Virus record (IMG/VR): IMGVR_UViG_3300028585_000514
Source: a virus
Taxonomy: Duplodnaviria; Heunggongvirae; Uroviricota; Caudoviricetes
Length of the DNA: 64,000 bases
Strand: one strand, 5' to 3'
Part shown: in pieces, positions 37,854 to 46,378 of the stretch
Numbering within the stretch: position 1 is the first letter of the stretch
Layout: each line of letters opens with the position of its first letter
Notes under the pieces: generated by a model
Database searches by the model: none
What the model saw: only the letters and a program-made list of their open reading frames with translations
What the model was told of the DNA's origin: nothing
Made by a program: the position numbers and the translations under genes

Positions 37854-38369
37854 ATGCTAATTTTCACAGATTACAACAAACCACTGATCATCGACTCGCT
37901 TGATACTCCTCTTGTGACTCGACATCACTGGGTGTTATCTGGGACAATGAAGGACTTCAAACTCTCGAATATCCCGTATATCGAAGAAACACGTGGCCCT
38001 TCAATTGAAGTCATGGTCGAAGGTTTCAAATTCGTGGTTCCCGCTTCATGGAACATTCTTGTTGTCGATCAAGAGACCATGGTACTTGATACCGTCCCGG
38101 TTTCAAACTGTTCAACCGGTAGCCATCGCGCATTGCTATTCTCGTCGTACGATTCTAAAGTACGACATGCTGAAATCAGTGTTGTCGATCTACACCCAAA
38201 CTTCTCTTGCTTCCATCCAATGGTTGCAAAAGGCACGATGCTCTGCCACCCGATTGGTCCAGAAAGTCGTCACGATGAAGTAGAAAATATTCTGACCGTA
38301 ATGATTGGTCCACACGACCTTTATTCGAAATACATTAAGGACATGAGCGCTGCTGAATTGATGTACTAA
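37854..38369 (+). CDS. hypothetical protein
   Basis: 171-aa ORF abutting the upstream stop. Confidence 0.7.
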   Translation: MLIFTDYNKPLIIDSLDTPLVTRHHWVLSGTMKDFKLSNIPYIEETRGPSIEVMVEGFKFVVPASWNILVVDQETMVLDTVPVSNCSTGSHRALLFSSYDSKVRHAEISVVDLHPNFSCFHPMVAKGTMLCHPIGPESRHDEVENILTVMIGPHDLYSKYIKDMSAAELMY

Positions 38370-38373
38370 TCAA

Positions 38374-38425
38374 CTCCTGTTCACTTCCGTCTATAAATAG
38401 AAGACGGAAGTGAATCAATCAGGAG
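38374..38425 (+). promoter_or_regulatory. SD-sequestering hairpin with late promoter in its loop
   Basis: CTCCTG-TTCACTTCCGTCT / AGACGGAAGTGAA-(tcaat)-CAGGAG; TATAAATA at 38392-38399. Confidence 0.75.
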
Positions 38426-38431
38426 AAGATT

Positions 38432-39001
38432 ATGTATGACGAATTTGTCAAAGCTTTTAACCACGCAATGAAATACGAAGTTGGTCCGTCGTTTAATCCA
38501 AGCGACGTTAATGTCCAAAATGGAGTCTATAAGACTAAAGCGAATAAGCTGGCATGCGGCTATGTAAATGACCCTCTAGACCGAGGCGGAGAAACAAAAT
38601 TTGGTATTGCTCAAAAGGCGAATCCGGATATTTGCGTGGCCACTTTGACTCTAGCTCAAGCTCAAAAAATCTATTTCGATCGCTATTGGCTAGCAGCCAA
38701 GTGTGATAAAATAGCTTCACCTCTGAGTTTGCTACACTTCGATACCGCAGTTAACATGGGTCCCGGAGCAGCAGCGAAACTTCTACAAACTGCACTCGGT
38801 GTTGTTGCAGACGGCGCAATTGGTCCTAAGACCTTGGCTGCAATCTCAACCAAAAACATCTCCGAACTGTGCACCAAATACCTCGACCTAAAGCAAGCAC
38901 GATACAACGCGATCGTGAAAGCTGACCCATCTCAAGCACGTTTCGCCAAAGGCTGGAAAGCTCGTAACGACGACATGCGTAAGTTTCTGGGCGTAAAGTA
39001 A
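38432..39001 (+). CDS. endolysin, glycoside hydrolase family 108
   Basis: GYVNDPLDRGGETKFGI, IY..RYW, FDTAVNMG, LQ.ALGV..DG.IGPKT, F.KGW..R. Confidence 0.92.
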   Translation: MYDEFVKAFNHAMKYEVGPSFNPSDVNVQNGVYKTKANKLACGYVNDPLDRGGETKFGIAQKANPDICVATLTLAQAQKIYFDRYWLAAKCDKIASPLSLLHFDTAVNMGPGAAAKLLQTALGVVADGAIGPKTLAAISTKNISELCTKYLDLKQARYNAIVKADPSQARFAKGWKARNDDMRKFLGVK

Positions 39002-39074
39002 AAATTTAGAATGTGTAGTGCCCGTGGCTTCGGGCACTCTGCAAAAAGACAACAAGAATAATATAGGAATATTG

Positions 39075-40961
39075 ATGACTGATACAAGTAACATTGTAGA
39101 GTACAATGGCATCAAGCTCGACCTAAGCAGAGACGATATGTTCTCCGTGCCGGGTAAAGAGCTAATGTCAAAGTACTACTCAAACGGAAAAGACGGAGTA
39201 CAAAAGGCGATTGCACAAGCTGCGATTACCTTCTCATATGGCGACCTACAGCTAGCACAAGACATTTACGATGCTGCATCACAGCATTGGTTCTTCTACT
39301 CGTCGCCTGTCCTATCGAACGCACCAGTTGGTACGTGGGACCCATCAGTCGATTACAACAGCAAGGCATTCTGGGCGCCCGAGAACGGCGAACAGCGTCG
39401 TAAAGCATGGAAGGGTAAGAAACCTAAAGCCATGCCAATCGCGTGCTTCCTGACGTTCCTGCCCGATACCATTGAAGGTCAGATTTCAGCATCAGTCGAA
39501 ATCTCACGTCTATCGGTTGCTGGTGGTGGTACTTCGCTACACAACAACATCCGTGCAGTGTCAGACAAAGCTCCTGGCCCTATTCCTTATTTCAAGACCG
39601 TCGACGGCATCATGGGTTACTACCGCCAAGGTAAAACTCGTCGTGGTTCTTGCGGTATTTACATGGACATCTCCCACCCAGACGTGGTCGAGTTTGTCAA
39701 TATGCGTAAGACGTCTGGTGGTGACCCGGCTCGTAAGATCAACAACCGTGCCGGCGTTCACAACGCAGTCAACCTAACCGACGCATTTGCTGATGCAGTC
39801 GATGCTGATGCTGATTGGGAACTGAAATGCCCACACACCGGTGAAGTCAAAGAAACCCTGAAAGCACGAGTGCTATGGGAACAACTTCTAGAAGTTCGCG
39901 AACTAACCGGTGAACCTTACCTATACTTCATCGACGTAGCAAACCGCATGCTACCTGAATCGCAGAAGAAACTCGGTCTGGTCAATCGCGGTTCAAACCT
40001 CTGCTCCGAGATCACTCTGGCTACCGACGAAAACCGTTCAGCAGTTTGCGCTCTATCATCGGTGAACCTCGAGTACTACGAGCAATGGAAGAACACCAAT
40101 CTGGTGGCAAACCTAGTTCGTTTCATCGACAACGTCATCCAGTGGTACATCGACTGGGCAAGCGACGAAGTGTCACGTACCAAGTACTCCGCGATGCGTG
40201 AACGTGCTATCGGTATCGGCGCAATGGGTTGGCACAACTTCCTGATGTCGAAAGATATCGCGTTCGAATCAGGTGGCTTCAACTCTGCAGTACAATGGAA
40301 CCACCGCATCTTCGCGGACATGCAAGCAAAAGGTATCGCTGAATCCCTACGTCTAGGCACCGAACGCGGTGAAGCACCAGACATGGTCGGTACTGGTCGT
40401 CGTAACTCACACCTGTTTGCATTGGCTCCAAACTCAAACAGCTCGATCCTTTGCAACACTTCGTCAGCGATGGAGCCGATCGCTTCGAATGCATACCCAC
40501 AGAAAACTCGTGCTGGTATCTTCTTGATGAAGAACCGTTACCTAGAACGCAAGCTGGAAGCACTAGGTAAGAACACGGAAGAAGTGTGGAAGTCGATCAC
40601 GAACACCAACGGTTCGGTTCAACATCTAGATTTCCTAGATGAAGCAACCAAGATCGTGTTCCGTACCGCATGGGAAATCGACCAGCACTGGATTGTTCAA
40701 CACGCCGGTGATCGTCAGCCGTACATTTGCCAAGCACAATCGTGCAACCTATTCTTCATGCCAGGCACCGACCGTGCTTACATCAATTCAGTCCACCTGA
40801 AAGCGATGCGTGAACGTAAGGTAAAGTCACTGTACTACTTCCGTACTGGTGCCGCAACCAAAGCTGATACCGTGAAGGCAGTCATTCGTAAGTCGCTAGC
40901 CGACTGGAAAGAGACGCCAACCGAAGACGGTGGAGTTGCTTGCGTATCCTGCGAAGGCTAA
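39075..40961 (+). CDS. nrdA: ribonucleotide reductase class Ia alpha subunit (no ATP cone)
   Basis: SSPVLSN, ACF, QGKTRRG, GEPY, SNLCSEI, LAPN, QAQS.NLF, KSLYY, C-terminal CVSCEG. Confidence 0.96.
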   Translation: MTDTSNIVEYNGIKLDLSRDDMFSVPGKELMSKYYSNGKDGVQKAIAQAAITFSYGDLQLAQDIYDAASQHWFFYSSPVLSNAPVGTWDPSVDYNSKAFWAPENGEQRRKAWKGKKPKAMPIACFLTFLPDTIEGQISASVEISRLSVAGGGTSLHNNIRAVSDKAPGPIPYFKTVDGIMGYYRQGKTRRGSCGIYMDISHPDVVEFVNMRKTSGGDPARKINNRAGVHNAVNLTDAFADAVDADADWELKCPHTGEVKETLKARVLWEQLLEVRELTGEPYLYFIDVANRMLPESQKKLGLVNRGSNLCSEITLATDENRSAVCALSSVNLEYYEQWKNTNLVANLVRFIDNVIQWYIDWASDEVSRTKYSAMRERAIGIGAMGWHNFLMSKDIAFESGGFNSAVQWNHRIFADMQAKGIAESLRLGTERGEAPDMVGTGRRNSHLFALAPNSNSSILCNTSSAMEPIASNAYPQKTRAGIFLMKNRYLERKLEALGKNTEEVWKSITNTNGSVQHLDFLDEATKIVFRTAWEIDQHWIVQHAGDRQPYICQAQSCNLFFMPGTDRAYINSVHLKAMRERKVKSLYYFRTGAATKADTVKAVIRKSLADWKETPTEDGGVACVSCEG

Positions 40962-41021
40962 AGCATAATGGGTCCGATCATGAGGTCGGACCCTTACGAA
41001 GATCACAATAGGAAATAATAA

Positions 41022-41987
41022 ATGTCACTAGTAGAATACTCAAAAACATACCTACCGAAATACGCCGAGTTCGTCGAAATCACCAAAATCCATGAAGAAG
41101 CTCACTGGCACGAAGGTGAAGCAAAGCTCCAGCAAGACGTGGAACAATGGAAGACCGGCATCATCACCGACGATGAGAAGTACTTCATCAACTCGATCCT
41201 TCGCTTCTTCACTCAGTCCGACGTTGCTGTCGCTCGTGAATACCACGAAATCTTCATCCCGGCATTCAAGAACAACGAAACCCGTAACATGCTTACGTCA
41301 TTCGCTGGTCGTGAAGGCGTCCACCAACGTGCTTACGCACTATTGTCCGACACTCTTGGCTTTGGCGAAGGCTTCTATGAAGAGTTCCTTGAATACGAGG
41401 AAATGAAGGAGAAGTATGACTACATGCTTCAAATGTCGAACAAGAGCTACCATGACCTGGCGCTATCACTAGTCAAGCAATGCCTATTGGAAGGCGTCTC
41501 GCTATTCGGCATGTTTGCGATGCTGTTGAACTTCAGCCGCAGCGGCAAGATGATGGGTATGTCCGACATCAACCTCTGGTCGATCAAAGATGAGTCGATC
41601 CACGTTCGTGGTAACTCCACTCTGTTCCGTCAGTTCGTTGAAGAACATCCACGCATCGTCACTGACGAATTCAAGAAGGAAGCCTATGAAATGGCTCGTG
41701 TCTTGATCGCAATGGAAGACAAGTTCATCGACCGTGCGTTCATGTTGAAAGCATCGTCCGGTGAAGGTGAGAACCAGATCACCAAAGATCAAGTCAAGCA
41801 ATACGTCCGTGCAGTTTGCGACTACCGCATGACTCAGATGGGCTTCAAACCACAGTTCAACGTCGAGAATCCTTTCGAATGGTTGGAGTGGGTGACCTCG
41901 TCGAACATGATCGAAAACTTCTTCGAGACCAATACGGTGTCGTACTCGAAGAACAGCATGATTGGTTCATATGCAGGCGGCTACTGA
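41022..41987 (+). CDS. nrdB: ribonucleotide reductase class Ia beta subunit
   Basis: FFTQSD, REGVHQRAY, EGVSLF, DESIH, NFFE. Confidence 0.96.
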   Translation: MSLVEYSKTYLPKYAEFVEITKIHEEAHWHEGEAKLQQDVEQWKTGIITDDEKYFINSILRFFTQSDVAVAREYHEIFIPAFKNNETRNMLTSFAGREGVHQRAYALLSDTLGFGEGFYEEFLEYEEMKEKYDYMLQMSNKSYHDLALSLVKQCLLEGVSLFGMFAMLLNFSRSGKMMGMSDINLWSIKDESIHVRGNSTLFRQFVEEHPRIVTDEFKKEAYEMARVLIAMEDKFIDRAFMLKASSGEGENQITKDQVKQYVRAVCDYRMTQMGFKPQFNVENPFEWLEWVTSSNMIENFFETNTVSYSKNSMIGSYAGGY

Positions 41988-42048
41988 TAAATAATCAGAC
42001 CCAAACGAACAGCTCCTTCGGGAGCTGTTTTGCATTAAGGATACCATA

Positions 42049-42507
42049 ATGAAATTAAATGAGCTACTAGACCGTAAGGTCAAATACCATGTCGTTGAGA
42101 AAGAGCTTTACAAGTTCGCGACTGGTGCAAAGATCGGTGGCCGCACCATCGTATTCGAAGCAACGTACGACAAAGCCGAAAATCAGTGGACTGTTCAATT
42201 TGAAGAGTTCAGCGAGAAGGACGAGCTAGGCACCTTCGACGTATCTGGTTCCGGCAATGAACTCGAAGTGTTCTCAATGGTCAAAGCATCAATGGAAGAA
42301 TTCATTGGTCGTTATAAGCCAGACCAAGTCACATTCACCGCATCGAAAAAGACAGGCAAGTCAAATCGTGCCGACCTCTACACCCGCCTATTGAACCGCT
42401 TCAAGATCGACGGCTACAAGCTGATCAAGCAGGATAGCAAAGTGGCTGCGGATTTCAAATTGGTTCGCAACGGATACAAGGACTATTACGACGATGAAAC
42501 TGAATGA
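42049..42507 (+). CDS. hypothetical, paralog 1 of tandem trio (MKLNE N-terminus)
   Basis: IGGRTI.F, SGSGNELEVFSMVK.S+.EF+.RY.PDQ+.F.A, R..LY.R; late promoter 41986. Confidence 0.8.
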   Translation: MKLNELLDRKVKYHVVEKELYKFATGAKIGGRTIVFEATYDKAENQWTVQFEEFSEKDELGTFDVSGSGNELEVFSMVKASMEEFIGRYKPDQVTFTASKKTGKSNRADLYTRLLNRFKIDGYKLIKQDSKVAADFKLVRNGYKDYYDDETE

Positions 42508-42952
42508 AATTCTAAATCGCAAGGTCCAGTACAAAGTCACGGTTGAAAATGAAAATGCTTTTCAAACCAAAGCGACGATCAATGGTCGCCTCATCGACTT
42601 TGCATGTATCAAACGGGATAGCGGCCTCCGTAAAACCGAATGGCGCTGCACATTCCTTGAAGCAAAGGATGAAAACGATTCCGGAAGCTATGACACTACT
42701 GGGTCTGGTGGTGAACTAGAAGTATTCTCAATGGTCAAAGATAGCTTGCTGGAATTCATCGACAAATATCGCCCAGACCAGATTTACTTCAACGCTAAGC
42801 AAGATGGTGGCAAAGATAAGCAAGCACGCATCCGCGTGTATGACGCCTTGCTGAAAAAATTCAAGGCTCCGGGCTATACGTTTAGAAGAGTGGATGGAGT
42901 CCACGATGGCTCAACACTATTCGTAATTGAAAAAGAAGAGGATGATGATTAA
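42494..42952 (+). CDS. hypothetical, paralog 2 of tandem trio
   Basis: TGSGGELEVFSMVKDSLLEFIDKYRPDQIYF. Confidence 0.8.
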   Translation: MKLNEILNRKVQYKVTVENENAFQTKATINGRLIDFACIKRDSGLRKTEWRCTFLEAKDENDSGSYDTTGSGGELEVFSMVKDSLLEFIDKYRPDQIYFNAKQDGGKDKQARIRVYDALLKKFKAPGYTFRRVDGVHDGSTLFVIEKEEDDD

Positions 42953-43368
42953 TGAAACTGAATGAAATAATGAACAGCAAAGTTGACTATGAAGTCGTCA
43001 AAGCACGTGGCGGCGTATTCCATACACAAGCAGAAATCGGCGGTCGCATTATCGACTTCGCTGCAATCGAAGAGATGGATGGCGAATGGGAGATTTCTTT
43101 TGGTGAGAAGAAAGGCGCAAAGACTGCTTACGGTCTAACCGGCAGTGGCGCAGCTCCAGAAGTTCTCGCGATGGTCAAAGACTCAATGCTTGAATTTGTT
43201 GAGCGTTATCAACCGGAGAAAATGTACTTCACTGCTGATAAGGAAGGCGACAAGGACAATCGTGCTAGAGTCTACGAACGAATGATCAAACGCTTCAATA
43301 TCCCAAGCTACAAATATTCAACAAACGATAGCGGCAAATCGATTCGCTTTACGCTAACTAAAGCCTAA
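42952..43368 (+). CDS. hypothetical, paralog 3 of tandem trio
   Basis: TGSGAAPEVLAMVKDSMLEFVERYQPEKMYF. Confidence 0.8.
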   Translation: MKLNEIMNSKVDYEVVKARGGVFHTQAEIGGRIIDFAAIEEMDGEWEISFGEKKGAKTAYGLTGSGAAPEVLAMVKDSMLEFVERYQPEKMYFTADKEGDKDNRARVYERMIKRFNIPSYKYSTNDSGKSIRFTLTKA

Positions 43369-43400
43369 TAAATAGTTGATACAATCATACAGAGGTAAAT

Positions 43401-43838
43401 ATGAAACTAACCGTTTTCGCAAAAAAACAAATTAACGAAGAAGCTACGATTGCCCTATCAAAGGCATTTGAGGCTAGCATGCTTAAAGACAAAGCAATGC
43501 TAAATCAACTAGCCGATAAGGTTCATGGTGAAGGTTTCCCTGAGAAATTCTCACTACCGGTCAAGCTATCAAATGGCGCAGACTTGACTATGAATTATGA
43601 GCTCTACGAGAAGTCGATCAATGATTCTAAGTCACATCACCAAGTCACCTTTACCTATGAGCATACCCGCGAGACTATCGTTGCTACCCGCTCAATCCTC
43701 AAGCAAGCTGAGAAGGACCTTGATGATGACGATGGCGACATGTATGACAAATTAGCTGAAGAACTAGGTCATGATATAATCCATGTAACAGCCGAGTTCG
43801 ACGAGAAGTTCACCAAAATCTGGGCAACCACGAAATAA
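43401..43838 (+). CDS. acidic hypothetical, putative capsid-internal protein
   Basis: MKLTVFAKKQINE; late promoter 43367-43374. Confidence 0.65.
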   Translation: MKLTVFAKKQINEEATIALSKAFEASMLKDKAMLNQLADKVHGEGFPEKFSLPVKLSNGADLTMNYELYEKSINDSKSHHQVTFTYEHTRETIVATRSILKQAEKDLDDDDGDMYDKLAEELGHDIIHVTAEFDEKFTKIWATTK

Positions 43839-43847
43839 GGAATAAAC

Positions 43848-44270
43848 ATGAAACTAGCATCAATCCTGAATAGCAATGACAAGTTGAAAGAGTCTGATGA
43901 CTCTGAAGAATTCGGCTACGAGAACCATGTCCTCGACATGCTGAAGAAAGATTTCGCTGGCAAAGTTGAAGTCAAGAAAGAAGTAAAATTTTCAGCGAAG
44001 TCCGTCGAAGGTACTGACGATGTAGATGGCGGCGACCTAACCATCGAACTCGATAATGACGATACCATCGAACTGACTTGGGAATATAGCACGGGCTATT
44101 CATCCGAAGGCGCCATCAAGAACTTCAGTATGGAAGTCAATGGTCAACGCGTCAGTTGTGATCCAGAGCGTAACGGCAAAGGCGATGCCGCTGACATGCG
44201 TATCCTTACCGCGGTGGAAGCTGCGTACAAGGAACACATCCAAGAAAACCTCGCAGACTACCTCGAGTAA
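43848..44270 (+). CDS. acidic hypothetical, putative capsid-internal protein
   Basis: MKLASILNSNDKLKE; very D/E-rich. Confidence 0.65.
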   Translation: MKLASILNSNDKLKESDDSEEFGYENHVLDMLKKDFAGKVEVKKEVKFSAKSVEGTDDVDGGDLTIELDNDDTIELTWEYSTGYSSEGAIKNFSMEVNGQRVSCDPERNGKGDAADMRILTAVEAAYKEHIQENLADYLE

Positions 44271-44331
44271 TTTCAACTGATTCTTCTTGGACTGCGGTAT
44301 AATTACGTACACGCTGCCCAAGAAGAATAAT

Positions 44332-44772
44332 ATGGAATTCAAACGCCTCTCCCTAGACGAAACCTACCTTCGTATGGCGCATTTGTGGGCACATGATCGC
44401 TCACACTGCGTACGCAAAAAAGTCGGTGCACTGGCTGTTAAAGATGGCCAGATTATCGCTGATGGCTACAATGGAATGCCTAAAGGTTACCCAAACACTT
44501 GTGAGCTTCCTGATGGCAACACCAATCCCCTCGTACTTCACGCTGAATCAAATCTCCTAGCTAAGATCGGTAAGTCGACTTCATCCTCCGTTGGGGCGAC
44601 TCTGTACATAACCTTGTCGCCATGTATTGATTGCGCGAAGATGATTCTTCAACATGAAATCGCACGAGTCGTGTATGCCGAGGAATACCGCATCACTGAT
44701 GGGCTAGAATTGCTCCGCAATTCTGGCGTCGAAGTCTCTCACGTTCCGGTGAAATTTCCAGTTTACAACTAG
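44332..44772 (+). CDS. cd: dCMP deaminase
   Basis: S.C.R.KVGA, GYNG, HAESN, TLSPCIDCAK. Confidence 0.95.
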   Translation: MEFKRLSLDETYLRMAHLWAHDRSHCVRKKVGALAVKDGQIIADGYNGMPKGYPNTCELPDGNTNPLVLHAESNLLAKIGKSTSSSVGATLYITLSPCIDCAKMILQHEIARVVYAEEYRITDGLELLRNSGVEVSHVPVKFPVYN

Positions 44773-44790
44773 TGGAAATATAGTTATGAT
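44762..44790 (+). promoter_or_regulatory. early promoter TTTACA-N17-TATGAT
   Basis: Precedes the GC-rich 44827 gene. Confidence 0.6.
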
Positions 44791-44826
44791 GTCATTACTC
44801 CATCATAACTTTTATAGGAACAATAC

Positions 44827-45120
44827 ATGAGCACTCAAGCTTCCGTACTGCAACTGCCGCCAACCGTCCAGTTCGATTCGAACAACAAGGAACACCGGAC
44901 GGCGTACGTGGACTTCCTGAATACGGGCAAGTGGAGCATGCGCTTCACCCTGGAGCATCCGTTCCAGTCGATCCCGAACATGATCATGTACAAGCTGGCT
45001 ATCCTGGCCTGCGCAGCTGAAGGTACGGTCGACACGAGCGCGATGCTCGCCAAGTCCGCCATCCTCCCGACCGAGAAGGCGGTAGCAGTCAACAACGAAC
45101 AGGTCGAGAAAGCCGCATGA
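44827..45120 (+). CDS. hypothetical protein
   Basis: ORF with SD AGGA. Confidence 0.7.
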   Translation: MSTQASVLQLPPTVQFDSNNKEHRTAYVDFLNTGKWSMRFTLEHPFQSIPNMIMYKLAILACAAEGTVDTSAMLAKSAILPTEKAVAVNNEQVEKAA

Positions 45121-45125
45121 TCTAA

Positions 45126-45668
45126 ATGTCACAATTCAAGACGGACCTTAGCGATTATACGCTTTGGTTCGACGGTGTGATTGAAGTGGACCCTCAGAAC
45201 ATCGAGGGTCTATTCCTCAAAAACATCCCTCCCTCCCGCATCGCAGTATCCGAACTCACTCCAGACCTTGTACGCTACAATCGGCTAGCTAAAGACAAGA
45301 TCACCACCAAAGAAGAAATCGACGCTGAGAAGATTTCCTTCGACTGGAACATCCCACCTGAATATTTGGCATTGAACGTTGAAGAACGAGTCTGGGCTGC
45401 CTTTTGGAAAAAACAACCTAGGAAGTCCGAGAAGGACACAAACGCTAGGACTGAAAGGATAGCCAGAGAATTATATGAGTACACCTCTCGTGGGCTCCTG
45501 GACGTTCTGCGAGTACTGATCTACGTTGTCGACACCTTCAAAAAGAATAATGTCGTCTGGGGCGTAGGCCGAGGTTCGAGCTGTGCATCTTACATCCTCT
45601 ATCTCCTTGAGGTTCATTCAGTTGATCCGGTGAAGTACGACATCCCACTGGAAGAGTTTTTTAAGTAA
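45126..45668 (+). CDS. dnaE: DNA polymerase III alpha-like, N-terminal piece of a split gene
   Basis: ERIARELY.Y, WGVGRGSSCASYILYLL.V..VDP+KY.I..E.F, the DnaE GRGS palm motif. Confidence 0.85.
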   Translation: MSQFKTDLSDYTLWFDGVIEVDPQNIEGLFLKNIPPSRIAVSELTPDLVRYNRLAKDKITTKEEIDAEKISFDWNIPPEYLALNVEERVWAAFWKKQPRKSEKDTNARTERIARELYEYTSRGLLDVLRVLIYVVDTFKKNNVVWGVGRGSSCASYILYLLEVHSVDPVKYDIPLEEFFK

Positions 45669-45748
45669 AATCGAAAGCCAACTATAAATAATCTGTTTGT
45701 TGGCGGCCAGTCAGCAAATTCCAAAAATAATAATAGGAGAAAAAACGT

Positions 45749-45979
45749 ATGGGTAAAATTGCACGCAGTGCTCGCGGCGAAATCGTCGACTTCGATCTAA
45801 TCGCAATCCGTCAGCAGCTAGCTAGCGCACCACCACCAGTTGAAGTGTCCGCTCGTCGCGAATACATCGACAACAAAGAAGCTGGTCGTCCAATGAAGGA
45901 CACCATCCTAAATCCAATCAGCATCTCCGGCGAAGGTGACGGCGATGATGAGTTCGAGAACCCAAACCTCGACGAGTAA
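45749..45979 (+). CDS. hypothetical late protein
   Basis: TATAAATA at 45683-45690, SD AGGAG. Confidence 0.75.
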   Translation: MGKIARSARGEIVDFDLIAIRQQLASAPPPVEVSARREYIDNKEAGRPMKDTILNPISISGEGDGDDEFENPNLDE

Positions 45980-46048
45980 CACCATCCCACCCATAGTCTC
46001 GGCATAGCGTCCGAGACTATCCATAACCATAATACATAGGAAATATCA

Positions 46049-46366
46049 ATGAAGCTTAAACCACTAGGCAAGAACATTCTATTCGCATTTCTTGACCGCG
46101 TAACTCAAGACGGCTTTATCCCGAGCTCAGGCGGTTCCATCATTCTGACTCAACAAAACCTTGACCACAACCGTACCCCAAAGTGGGGCGTGGTTCTACT
46201 CACTGGTCCTCAAGTTCCTGCCAACGACATCAAAGTTGGTGATTACATCCTAATCGAACCCCTCATGTGGACGCCCGGCTTTGAAGTCGAAGGTGTCAAA
46301 GCATGGAAGACCGATTCGGACAAAGTGATGGTTGTTACTTCAGAGGCGCCAGACATTTCTTTCTAA
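46049..46366 (+). CDS. groES: GroES-like co-chaperonin
   Basis: MKLKPLG..IL, GGSIIL mobile loop, GVVL.TGP, IKVGDYILI. Confidence 0.85.
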   Translation: MKLKPLGKNILFAFLDRVTQDGFIPSSGGSIILTQQNLDHNRTPKWGVVLLTGPQVPANDIKVGDYILIEPLMWTPGFEVEGVKAWKTDSDKVMVVTSEAPDISF

Positions 46367-46378
46367 CCTGGATTTTTC

